From Octopus sinensis (lineage: Eukaryota), in NCBI RefSeq assembly GCF_006345805.1, contig NC_043003.1:31310001-31374000 (forward strand): 64,000 nucleotides of DNA. The letters are read 5' to 3'. Position 1 is the stretch's first letter; each line of letters starts with the position of its first letter. Positions 27,476-40,095 of the stretch are shown here, one piece after another. The position numbers and the translations under genes are program-made. The notes beneath the pieces were generated by a model. The model saw only the letters and a program-made list of their open reading frames with translations, made no database searches and was not told where the DNA came from.

Positions 27476-28255
27476 ATGTATAGTTATATTTATATTCATA
27501 CTTAGTGTCAATTGTCTTCTTACAATACATCCAGATGTTGCGACTCTCCTTTTCTCAGAGACTTCTCTATAGAGACAAGAGTCCTAACATCGGGCAATGT
27601 TGAAGGCTATAGACAGTATGTATTGTCACTTTGTTTGTATCAGTGAATTTATTTTTATTCAGCCTTACTACTATCACCTGATCGAAATTTATCTATTTAA
27701 TAGATGAAACTTTCTTTATCAATTCACTGAATTTGACAGTATAGAGTATGAGAGCCAAAAACTTCTGACACACATTCCATGGGATAACACGTGTTCTATA
27801 ATGGACCAACCCATTTTTATAGTTGTTAATGTTATAATCCTATAAAACTTGTGATATACCTCTGAGTACCTGAACGTATGCATACGTTATAAGAAAGTTT
27901 TACAGGTATTTAAGGCGTTTTGGTTTTACTGCAAATAGCAGTGAAACCAAAATGCCTTTAAATGTTTTGAAATCTCATGCCAATCTCTAACTAGAAAATA
28001 TACCGTATTTTTTGAAGTCGACGTAGTACGTCGTATAAACATCCACTGTAAACATTAAACCATTGTCACTATCTTTCCAAGTCCTGCTGTATTTCACCAA
28101 AGTTGTTATGGAGTATAAATCGATCTACTGGTTCTGTTTGTAAATTTTCATCAGAAAAGTTCGATTTGTATGCTTGAAAATATAGATACTGTTGCAATCT
28201 ATTATGGGTTTGTACAAGAAAAGTTTCTTCTTATTAACAAGTTTATTAACAAGCT

Positions 28256-28445
28256 ATTACAAAACATATATAAATATATAAATTTGCATTTTAAATACCT
28301 TGTAAGGAAAATCATCAATGCAGAGGGCAATAAGGATTACATTAGCATACTTTAGGCATACACAGAATACACAGAGATATTTACTATGTATATGTATGTG
28401 TGTGTATTTACTCATGCATTAAAATTATTCTTATAATTTAAATTC

Positions 28446-28492
<47 letters not shown>

Positions 28493-31400
28493 TGATGATG
28501 ATGATGATGATAGCAACAACAACAATAATGAATGATAGATTATATTATATACGGGTAAAGTAATATAATGGATAAAAGAATGTAAAAATATAAAAATTAT
28601 ATTCGTGGAATAAAACAATGTAATAACAAATATTGGGCTAGAAAGGATTCATAATACATTTGACATTATCATGGGATCCACGGACTCAGCCCAAGTAACG
28701 GCATATACATTCTACATGAATTTAATAAGGAATTCCCTGAAGTAATGGGCGGACTATACAGGGATAATGCGCTATTTCTAGTTAAAAATCCATCAAGTAG
28801 AAAATTAAAACTGTATAAGAAAAATTATTAAAAAAAATATTAACTTTAATCTTGTAACTGGTATAAATGGACCATATCATAAACCCAATACAAATCTAAA
28901 ATATATAAATAATCTGAGTAACCATCCAAAATCAATAAAAAACTCATTAATTAAAAACATAGAAAAGAAACTAACTTAAGTATCATATAATGAAGAAATC
29001 TTCTACAAAAATGCTAACTTCTATAATGATGCACTTAAAAAACAGTATATAAGCACAAAATAAAATATCTTAGACCTAGTAAATACATATTTAATGTAAC
29101 CTGGGCACAGAAAATAATAGATAACCTAAATATAATACCGAAAAGAAATTCTAAAGCTACAAATGATAATAATATGAAGGAAGTAAGTATAGATAGGAAA
29201 ATAAGCTCCAGGATTAATGGTCAAGGTCCTAAAACGGGAAAAATAATTGCAAAAGTGTAAAAATAAATACTAAAAATAATTACAATCTCATAAAACCTGG
29301 CACTAAGAAAGACAAAAGTCCAGTAAAACAGAAATTAATAGCATTGATATGAATATACTTGATAATTCTTATAATAATAGACATAATATATAAAATAATG
29401 TAAGCTATACTCCTTGCATACATTCTGAAAATCATAATACGGATTATGAGTACCTTAATAAAACAAATACTTTGTGGTCCATCATCCCGTTTGCAAGTCA
29501 AATTAAAAACAGCATAGTCAAATCCATGTACCGATCAATACAGAAAAACTTAAATAAAATGAAATTATCAATTCTAAATCTATGACTGTTGGTCATTCCC
29601 TATCATAGAATTCTTTTGCAATTATATCCTCAATTTATAAGAGAAAACTAGATACTCTTTATAACAACCGTAACTTTAATGAAAATGATGTTCGGGTAAC
29701 TTACAATAATAGAAGACATATAGACGATATTAACTCCCTTCCTAAACCTAATAATAGAAATAATGAAGATGAAAACAGCTCTATTAATAATAACGTTGAT
29801 GTGAATTGTGATTCAAGGATTAAAAAAAATTGTAAACCTAACAATAATTGTTTACAAGATACCTAAGTGCCTAGTTAAATCTGAAGGGAAGGAATACCAT
29901 TACTTAGGTTCAACCAAACCTAGTTTTAAACGAAGAATGGCAAACCATGAAAGTTGTTTTAGAAATAGACATAGAATTAATAATACTAGTCTCAGCAAAT
30001 TTATATGGACGTTAAAGGATAATGGAAAATATTATATGATTAAATGGGAAGTTATAAGTCATGCCATGGCTTATATTTCAGACAGGAAATACCGCTTCTG
30101 CACCGAAGAAATGTTTTAAATAACAAAGTGAAAACATAAATTATTGGATTCTCAGAACGAAAATATTTTAGCTTGTTGCCACTACTCAAAATATGTCACT
30201 AGAAATTTTAATTAATTAGGGTGTTAATATTAAACTGTAAATTGTTAGTATAGACATGTTTCCACTACTCGTAATATGTTTTAGAAATGAAAATCATGAG
30301 TATAAATAAGATATAAAATAAGTAGCAATAATTAAAGTATATAACATCTAAACATAAACTGATTGGCTTGGGGAAGATGCATATATTATACGTAGTGATT
30401 AACCTAAATATAATTTTAGAAAATCAAATAAATTTATTAAATAGATAATAAATATAACCAAACATAAAGTATTCTAATTTGTTGTGATTAACCTAGATAC
30501 AAGTTAGAAATTTAAATAAATTTATTAAACAGATAATAAATCAAACTTAACATAAAACATACAGAAATAGTAGAATAACTTTAGCTTAATTAAAAATCAA
30601 ACATAAATTAAAGTAATTGGAAATAATAAATATAAATAACATATACTATATCATAATTTTATAATGATTGAATTTCGTTTCAATAATAAAGAGCGTGAAC
30701 ATTTACTGTATATCAGATAATATAACTACTTTTAATCCAAGCATGGATATTAACCATGAAAGGGTACTAGAATAAATAAAAATAAAAATAATGTATACTA
30801 CAAAACATTATGTAATATGTTAATATATGCTTCATAGTAGTAATAATAATATTGAGCATTGACATTCACTAATTAACCAAATAATATGATACATTTTGAT
30901 TTTCAAAAAAATTCAGGAAGATATAAATTAAAATTTAAGAATAATTAGTGTAACTTAACATAACTGTACATACAAATCTAACATAATTTAATCATAAATA
31001 ACACACACAACGTTATGTCAGATTATACAAGACTTAAAAATCAGTTTAATAGTGGTGGTAATAATAAAATTAAGTATAGATCCCTATTAATAAATTGTAT
31101 TATATTATACATTTTAATTTGGATAAAAAATACTATAAATTTATTAATGAAATCAATATTGATGACATAATACACCAAATAAATCCTCGTTATAATAATG
31201 AATGTATAGAGTAAGCCCGAATGTGAATATTAAGCACACCATCCCAACATATATCTAAACGTATAAATATATAATCCTATATGATAACTAGTAATAAATA
31301 TAATCATTAATATAATTACTTAAATAATCTTTCAATAATATACATATAAGCTTAAGACCTAATGAAGTAACTTTAGAACGAAATACTTATATACACACGC

Positions 31401-31869
31401 ACGCGCACACACACATACCAATATATAACTAGATAATATATATAATTTTAATCCAAACGGGAAAACAAAAAAACAACAATAATGGAACAATTACAGTATT
31501 ATTATTAATAGGCGCTCAGGAAATGGAAGCAGGAAGGTATGACGTTTCGAGCGGAGCTCTTCGTCGGAAACATAAAGAAGGAAGAGAGAGGAAAGAAAGA
31601 TCCCAAAGCGGGCAACAGGGATAGAGAAAAAAAAACGACTGGTGTTTACGAGTTACACATGGTGAAAGGCGGAAGTTTACGATAACAAGAGCAAAGTAGG
31701 TTTTTAAAGCCAAAGAGTGGAGACAAGGTTGGTAACGCAACAGATGTGTGTGTATGTGTGAGTGTGTGCGTGTGCGTGTGTGTATGTGTGTGTGTGAGGC
31801 GAGATAAAAAAACAAAAAATATATGTATGTGTTAGTGTGTGCGTCTGTGTGTAGGCGTGTGAGGTAGGG

Positions 31870-31909
<40 letters not shown>

Positions 31910-32541
31910 TATATATATACATACATACACACGCATCCACGTGTATAAACACAGAGACATGAACATACACGATCGGAAAAGTATTAAACATACTTTTGTA
32001 TCTAAATACAAATGATATATAATTAATTAACCTCTCGCCAGAATGAATACATACTTGAGAACCAATATGATTACTTAGGAAGAAAACACACACACACACA
32101 CACATGTATGTAAATGTATATAAGAACACGCACAAACAATAATCCATAATTAAAGGCGTCTATATGCATGCATTTAAGCACATTTATATAGGCACACACG
32201 TATACACGCATGAACATGGATTTATTTCAGTTTAATTCACCTTCCTACATTCTATTCTATTTACACTATTTTATTTTATTTCTACTTTATTTACTATATA
32301 CTTACTCTATTTTTACATTTTTATTTATTATTTATTATTTGGCATTTTCCTTTAATTTTTATCTTATCTATACTTTATTTCTGCTCATATATAAATTAAT
32401 CTCTATACCTAAAGAAGTAAATTGGAATGAAAGATATATACCAATGCACATACATATTTATGTACATATTGACATACATACTTGTTGCGTGTATATATGT
32501 ATGTATGTATATATATATATATACATGTATTTATACATATG

Positions 32542-32612
<71 letters not shown>

Positions 32613-32758
32613 TTGTGTACATGTACGTGGCCGCATATACAAACATAAGTATAAATTTTGTTTCACCTTTACTTTATTTTATTCCATGAACATAAATTTC
32701 ATCATTCTTTTACTTTCTTTTATTCATTATATTATTTTAACCGTAGATAATATCCTTA

Positions 32759-32824
<66 letters not shown>

Positions 32825-33039
32825 ATTATTATTATTATTATTATTATTGAATTGAAATAAAAGGAAAAATTTTAACGCATGCGTACACACACACTTATAT
32901 ATAGACACGTAGTAAACATCCTTCATTATACTGTGTATTTTAAAGCATCCTAACGTAATCCTTATTATCCTCTGTGCACTCTGATGATTTTCCTTACGAA
33001 GTAAAATCCCAAATTATTTATTTATATGTGTTTTGTAAT
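28256..33039 (+). mobile_element. Ancient Penelope-like element (RT plus GIY-YIG) with inverted 5' pseudo-LTR copy
   Basis: RT remnant FDIIMGSTDSAQV..GLYRDNAL (28650-28775). GIY-YIG remnant YLGSTKPSFKRRMANHESCFR..TSLSKFIWTLKD..IKWEVI (29890-30120). Segments 28256-28620 and 32672-33039 are diverged inverted homologues. Boundaries approximate. Confidence 0.75.
31541..31567 (-). ncRNA. Minimal hammerhead-like motif, U4C core variant
   Basis: Minus strand CCGACGA-A-GAGC-ucc-GCUC-GAAA-CG-UC; stem I poorly paired. Confidence 0.45.
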
Positions 33040-33344
33040 TTTTAGTTTGTTTGCGAAATGAAGTAATTGTTGGTGAATATGTTGATTAATTAATAAATTA
33101 AATTGTATCCATTACGCCTGTTTTCTAACGATATATATATATATATATATATATGAACTGCTATAGAAAATTCTATCATGCACATATACTATATGGATTT
33201 CAAAATTATATGCAGTTTTATTGCATACCTGCGCGCGCACACACATTATTTACTGAAAATATTTTTGCACCGAGATTTTAGATATCTTCTCTGTGGAGAT
33301 GGCCAACCACCAAATTTTCAAATCGTCGCACTCGCGCCGATTTT

Positions 33345-34131
33345 AAATTTTAGGTCAGATATTACCTTGGCAGGGTCGGAAATGCCTCGTGAAAATATCT
33401 GTTCCGACTTGGCTATTTCTTGCTGAAGAATCTGAGGGCCTATGGAAGATTGGCTTGATTTAATTTAATCAGGTTAGTTTACCATTAAACAGCAGATGAA
33501 ACGGTGCATCGTACAAGAAATTACAGGGTAAATGTTTTTTAAATTTTCTCCTGTTTACGGAATTAATCTTTATTTGCGGTTGAAGCTTTGGCTGTTATTT
33601 CTAGTGGGTGAATGGCCTATCATGGCCGTTCCTTGATTGTTGATGTTGAACTTAAAAATGGTCTATGACTATTTAATTTTTTCCCACTAGGCCGCTGGTG
33701 GCAAAAAGATTCTACAAAATTTTTTTTGCCACCCTATATTGATTAATTATGAATTTTCTGGTTAATTCCGTAATGGAATCGACGGCTTATATTTATTTGC
33801 TGCCGATAAATTCGGCGCGAGTGCGACGATTTGAAATTTTAGGTCAGATATTACCTTGGCAGGGTCGAAATGCCTCGTGAAAATATCTGTTCCGACTTGG
33901 CTATTTCTTGCTGAAGAATCTGAGGGCCTATGGAAGATTGGCTTGATTTAATTAATCAGGTTAGTTTACCATTAAACAGCAGATGAAACGGTGCATCGTA
34001 CAAGAAATTACAGGGTAAATGTTTTTTAAATTTTCTCCTGTTTACGGAATTAATCTTTATTTGCGGTTGAAGCTTTGGCTGTTATTTCTAGTGGGTGAAT
34101 GGCCTATCATGGCCGTTCCTTGATTGTTGAT
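33345..34131 (+). repeat. Direct duplication 33345-33644 / 33834-34131
   Basis: About 300 bp, identical except two single-base indels; copy 2 ends in (AT)n. Confidence 0.95.
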
Positions 34132-34164
34132 ATATATATATATATATATTCTTTTTCTTTTTTC

Positions 34165-34465
34165 CATTTTCAAGCCTAACCAGGCTCATGGGCTCGGTTT
34201 CCCGCTTTCTGTGGCGTATGTGTTCCCCCAAGCTGAACGGGACGCCTGACCATCGCAGCGTTACTTAAGAAACAGGAAGTAAGAGTGAGAGAAAGTTGGG
34301 GCGAAAGAGTACAACAGGGGTCACCCCCCCTACCGGAGCATCGTGGAGCTTTAGGCGTTTTCGCTCAATAAACACACACAACGCCCGGTTTGGGAATCGA
34401 AACCGCGCGATCCTCCGACCGCGAGTCCCTTGCCCTAACCACTGGGCCTTTGCGCCTCCCCGCCC
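34165..34465 (-). mobile_element. tRNA-derived SINE (another family)
   Basis: Reverse complement gaggcgcaaaggcccagtggttagggca..gtttcgattcccaaaccgggcgttgtg..ttgagcgaaaac. Confidence 0.8.
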
Positions 34466-34536
34466 CCACACATGTATATATATCCTTTCTACTTATAGGC
34501 ACAAGGCCTGAAATTTGGTGGATGGGGATATATATA

Positions 34537-35460
34537 TGAATTTGTTAGTACTGGCAGTCTGAACGGGTCATCTGAGGTGATAAGTCGCCAAAGGGTATGT
34601 TCTTTCTTTTTAGTGCTTCCAAATCCAAAATAAGAAATGTTGAGCTGACGAAAGAAATGCTGAGTTTATTTGGCTAATCTAGAAACGTTAACGTTCTCAA
34701 ATAATCTTTGTACTTGTGATATTTTTCTGTTTTTACCTCCATACCTTTGTGGGTTATTTTGAGTAAACATTATCTGAGAGAAATTTTCTTTAAGCAGTGG
34801 AAATGGCTAAAAAAACGTTTTTGGCTGCTATTTCTAGAAAGTTCCGTATGTGGCAAAGTAATTTATTTTACTAAGCCCTAATTATATAATGTAATATTTT
34901 GAATTCGCCTTAAATGGTCCTTTTACATACTGAATACTTGGTGAAATTGATTAATAACTAATTAATTTTACCCTCAATTGTTGATATTATAATTCATTTC
35001 TCTCTGTCATATTGCCTCGGTTCTCACCGTTAAAATATAATGTTTGCTTGATGACCCACGTGGGTGGAAGGGGAGAGCAGAAATCTTCGCTTGCACACTT
35101 TGAATTTGTTAGTACTGGCAGTCTGAACGGGTCATCTGAGGTGATAAGTCGCCAAAGGGTATGTTCTTTCTTTTTAGTGCTTCCAAATCCAAAATAAGAA
35201 ATGTTGAGCTGACGAAAGAAATGCTGAGTTTATTTGGCTAATCTAGAAACGTTAACGTTCTCAAATAATCTTTGTACTTGTGATATTTTTCTGTTTTTAC
35301 CTCCATACCTTCGTGGGTTATTTTGAGTAAACATTATCTGAGAGAAATTTTCTTTAAGTAGTGGAAATGGCTAAAAAAACTTTTTTGGCTGCTATTTCTA
35401 GAAAGTTCAGTATGTGGCAAAGTAATTTATTTTACTAAGCCCTAATATATAATGTAATAT
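34537..35460 (+). repeat. Direct duplication 34537-34897 / 35101-35460
   Basis: About 360 bp with 4 substitutions and 1 indel; bounded by (AT)n on both outer sides. Confidence 0.95.
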
Positions 35461-35461
35461 A

Positions 35462-35514
<53 letters not shown>

Positions 35515-35652
35515 CGGAGATGTACTCGCATAGCAAGTAATCTGATCTGAGATCGTGTGCTGAAACGAAAACAATTGCAGCGTGGAAGGTGTTTATAAGC
35601 CATTTAAGAAACACACAAAAGCTGTTCGATTCACTTCAACATTTAAGTTTAA

Positions 35653-35702
35653 TTTGTCAAAATATTTTCGTCGCTAAAATCCGCGACCTGTTCACTGACA
35701 AA
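35653..35702 (-). ncRNA. Mirror copy of the G3-C8 hammerhead
   Basis: Exact reverse complement of 35721-35770. Confidence 0.65.
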
Positions 35703-35720
35703 ATCCGTGCTGCACGGATT

Positions 35721-35770
35721 TTTGTCAGTGAACAGGTCGCGGATTTTAGCGACGAAAATATTTTGACAAA
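35721..35770 (+). ncRNA. Minimal type-I hammerhead ribozyme, G3-C8 covariant core
   Basis: Stem I uuuguca/ugacaaa (7 bp); core GUGAACA plus extra G; stem II GUCGC/GCGAC; GAAA; palindromic stem III AAUAUU; UUU cleavage triplet (35761-35763). Confidence 0.65.
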
Positions 35771-35847
35771 TTAAACTTAAATGTTGAAGTGAATCGAACA
35801 GCTTTTGTGTGTTTCTTAAATGGCTTATAAACACCTTCCACGCTGCA

Positions 35848-35890
<43 letters not shown>

Positions 35891-36299
35891 TATATATATA
35901 TTATATATATATATACATACATACATGTGTGTGTGTGTATTGCATATGTAGAATATATTGTTTGAAGTACTGTGAGAGTAATTTTGATTGATGTAGAAAG
36001 CCACTCCTATGCAAGTTTCAAATAAAGAATTGAAAGAAACAAATGACAGAAAAACGAAACATAAACATTGATTTATTCTTCTAATTTATATTTCACTGAT
36101 TCGTATTTTAATATCTCGAAAAGTGTAAAAATAGACGACAGCTTAGAACTGTTCATCATAGATCTGTGGTATTATGGGTTCTGGCTCTAAATTCTGTTAG
36201 CTTTAGTTCGTTCCTGTCTTTTCTTGATGGACGGAATTAGTGTATTAATAATGAACATCAGCTTAATCCTCGACAAACAATGTTCTGATCCGTGTCTAA

Positions 36300-36695
36300 G
36301 GCGGCGAGGTAGCAGAAAAAGCACGCTTGGCCAAATACTTAGCGGTATTTCGTCTGCTGCTACGTTCTGAGTTCAAATTCCGCCGAGGTTGACTTTGCCT
36401 TTCATCCTTTCGGTGTCGATTAAACAAGTACCAGTTACGCACTGGGGTCGATATAATCGACTTAATCCGTTTGTCCGCCTTTGTTTGTCCTCTCTGTGTT
36501 TAGCCCTTTGTGGGTAGTAAAGAAATAGGTATTTCGTATGTCTTTACGTTCTGAGTTCAAATTCCGCCGAGGTCGACTTTGCCTTTCATCCTTTCAGGGT
36601 CGATAAATTAAGTACCACTTGCGTACTGGGATCGGTCTAATCAACAGGCACTCTCCCCCAAAATTTCGGGCCGTGTGCCTAGATAGAAAGGAATA
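36300..36695 (+). mobile_element. SINE family A heterodimer (second body ends in a different tail)
   Basis: Head ggcggcgagg, two cores, second tail ctctcccccaaaatttcgggccgtgtgcc. TSD-like tccgtgtct on both sides. Confidence 0.85.
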
Positions 36696-39399
36696 TTCCA
36701 TTCCGTGTCTCTTTTAGTGATCTCAGTATATTGGTTATGGCATTTCTGCGGATGTTTTGAGAGGAAGCCGCATTTGTAGGAATGTTGTCTCTCTCTCTCT
36801 ATCTCTCTATCTGTATGTCTGTCTCTTTTTCTCCTTCTATCTCTTTATTTCTCTCTCTTTGTCTGTCAATGTCTGCCACCTCTGTTACATACACAGATGT
36901 TTAGTATTACAATCGGCAAATGGGAGAAATAGAAATTAACATAGAGTGCGTATAGTCATATTGATGCAAACAGGAAAATAGAACTCAAAATATATGTGTA
37001 TATTTTTATTAACATTTAGCAGGAGTAACCGAGTGATTCAAGGTGCGAGAGTTTCGTGAGTTGGCACTTATTAAAAACAAAGAGAGAAAAGCGTAACATA
37101 AAAAACGATTTAATCTTTTAATTTATATTACAGTAATTCGGATTTAATATCCCCCAAAAGGTAAAAATAGATTACATGAGTAGATCTGTTCATCTGATAT
37201 ATATATATTTATATAATATATTGATATATATATGTAGGTCAGAAGTTAAGGGCAGTTACTATATTCTTTCCTAGGACCCCTGAGTTTAGTAAAAAGATGG
37301 GAAGAAATAATCTTCAGACAAAAATAACTGGAATATTTACAATACAGTGAATCCCGTAGAGACACCCCAGCTACCAGTTAAAGAAGTTGATGGATTAAGT
37401 TAACCACTGAAATGTATTTCTTTCGATTTTCAGCTCCACATCTTTCTGCAGCCAAATTTACTTTTCATCGTGTCTTGATGTTTAGGTTGCTCTCTACATT
37501 CATAATGCATAAGGAAGTTGCTGTGGCTCACTGCTAATCATTCAATGTTCCATTGACAACAGCTGAGCTAGTTGAAATCGGGAAACACGTAAGAGTTATC
37601 TTGATATTGCACGTCATATGTAAGAGAAAGAGAATTGCAAATATTTCCATAAATATTGGCAAGCGTTGGCAGTAAAATAGTGTTAATTAGCAACCGGGAA
37701 ATAATAATAAAAAAAAGAACGCTAGAACAAATGGTTAAAAGATAAAGCCATCTCAAATATAATTTATACATCATGCTGAAGCAAACAAGAACGTTTACAG
37801 ACACGCGTGCTACTAATTATTTTATCAAGCACACACCTATGTGTATTTTATTCAACACACCAGATATCAACTGTAACACAAATACAAGTGGTTGCGAAGG
37901 CATAAAAGGTGACTATATAGAACTCTATTGATCTTTAACGAAAGATTAAATTTATCTTCGATCAGAGAAAACAACACACTCCAATTTACTAACACTAACA
38001 GCGTGTATCACAGAGAAAGATGATGATAAGCAATAAACACGATGGTTGTGATAGTTATGTAGATGCCATCAAAGAGAATAACAAAAAGTATTTTGATTAT
38101 TCTTTGTAGTAGCTTCGATATATTTTGATAGACTTCAGAAGTGAAATACAGTACATAAAACGAACATCACTATATGTATGTGTGTGTGTGTGCGCGAGGG
38201 CAAAAATAAAGAAATGTGATATTATAATATTTAGTTCATAAAATTTGTTCCCATATGAAATAAAAATTCTGAAAATTGTCTAAATCCTGTATTTAAATAT
38301 TCTAATTTCAGTCTTTTACGGAGAGCTTATATTACTAGAGCTGAACAAGAGCGCAAGTATGTACCTGATTGTAATAAATATCTCACAGTTTTGGAGAATT
38401 GTACCAACACTTTGTTTTCCTTGAGTATTATGCTGTTTATTATTTTATGTTATATGAATCTCTTAGTGGTGATGTAAGTTATTCTTAGTACTTTTATTAG
38501 GTGTGTATTAATGTTATAGAGCGAAATGGATTCTGTTTTATATTTGTTGTTTATCGCTGTTAAAATATATTGGTAGCTGATAGTTTTAGTGTATTTCTTA
38601 GGAGCAAGGCTTCATAGTAGGTGATATAATTTGAAAACGAAGGAGAGGGAAAGAGAGTGAGAGAAATGTGTTGATCAGAGAGAAGGTAGGAAACAAGATA
38701 AGAGAGAAATTCACTATCTTTGGATTCCGGTTCATTGACGTATCAATTATTGATAAGACAGAGTTTGATAACTTGACATACGACCCCGAAATCAAATCCT
38801 CTGCCTGACAACACATAATCCGATTTAATCCTAATGCGAATGCAAGTTGTCTGAGTTGGGTGGCACTTTACAGGTTGCATGAGCAGAACATTGTCGGTTT
38901 CAGATTATTAGTTGGGGAAATATTATATAATGATGGTGTGTTGCAGGCTCCGTGGTGTAACCTGTCTTAAAATGTATTAAACTAGTCCGGTATATTTTTA
39001 CTGTTGTTTGTTTCAACCAGGGGCTGTGTTCATGTTGCGGTTGATGTTTTTCATGAATCATTTAAGCATTTACAACTGATCCTGTCAGTATATGTATATA
39101 TACACACACATGCATACGTACCTGTGAAAAGTTGTTTCCTTTTCTAACAAGTCTTTTGGTCAAGATACTTGCAAAATATTAGTCAAGCCATGAAACTGAT
39201 ATCTCCAGTAAAGAACCTAGCATAGAATTTAGACTGCTATGAAAAACACTTGATTGCACCACATACACCACTCTCTTTCATTTATTATTGTCTTTATTGT
39301 TTTAAATACAAAAAACACTTAACACCCCTCATAAAGTAGCAATCTTCTTAGTTCCATGCTTCAACAGATATTATGCTTCTCTAACCTTGTAGTAGGAAT

Positions 39400-40095
39400 G
39401 ATACTGTAGTAAGAGGCTTGCTTCCAACCCAGTTGGTGTAGGGTTCAGTTACACTGCACGGCACGTTGGGCAAGTATCTTCATTTATAGTCCAGGATCGA
39501 CCAAAGTCTTGTGAGTAGATTTGGTAGACGGAAACTGAAAGAAGCCAAACGTATATTCTTTTATTCTTTTACTTATTTCAGTATTTGACTGCGGCCATGA
39601 AGGAGCACCGTCTGGAGAGTTTTAGTCGAACAAATCGACCCTAGGACATATTTCTTAAGCTTAGTACTTATTCTATAGAAAAAATTTGTCGAAGTACTAA
39701 GTTAAGAGGATGTAAACACATCAATACCGACTGTCAAGCGGTGCGCGCGCGTACAACACACATACATAAGCGATGGACTCCTTTCGGTTTCCGTCTACCA
39801 AATCCACTCACGAGGCTTTGGTAGGCGTGAGGCTATAGTAGAAGACACTTGTCCAAAGTTCCATGCAGTCTATGCACACACACATATATATATAAGTATG
39901 TATGTGAGTCTTTATGTTTGTGTTGCTCCACTCCGCTTGACAGTATTGGCTTGTTTATGTCCTCGTAACTTAACGGTTTGACAAAGAGAAACTATATAAA
40001 ATAAGTAGTAGGCTGAAAAATAGTTACTGGGGCCCTTTCTTCCTTCTAAATCCCTTTAACCAGTGCTCCACCATGGCTGCCACCCAAAGACTGAA
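39400..40095 (+). mobile_element. SINE family B (+) with a second family B copy (-, 39555-39870) nested in its internal microsatellite
   Basis: Plus-strand head 39400-39545, minus-strand complete copy, then plus-strand body/tail 39900-40095. Confidence 0.8.

Larger units (their letters stand above)
35513..35852. mobile_element. Palindromic fold-back element (arms 35571-35710 / 35712-35852) carrying two hammerhead motifs; probably PLE pLTR-derived
   Basis: Arms are exact reverse complements except one extra T; 1-nt centre at 35711; flanked by (AT)n. Confidence 0.85.

Noticed and set aside
31348-31385. ctaatgaag...cgaaatac hammerhead-like string
   Set aside because: Core is mutated (G5A) and there is no pairable stem II.
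32983-33010. CTGATGA as an active hammerhead
   Set aside because: No GAAA after a stem II; kept only as a possible relic.
37435-37588. Strong acceptor/donor pair on the plus strand
   Set aside because: All three frames contain stops; could only be a non-coding exon and there is no expression evidence.
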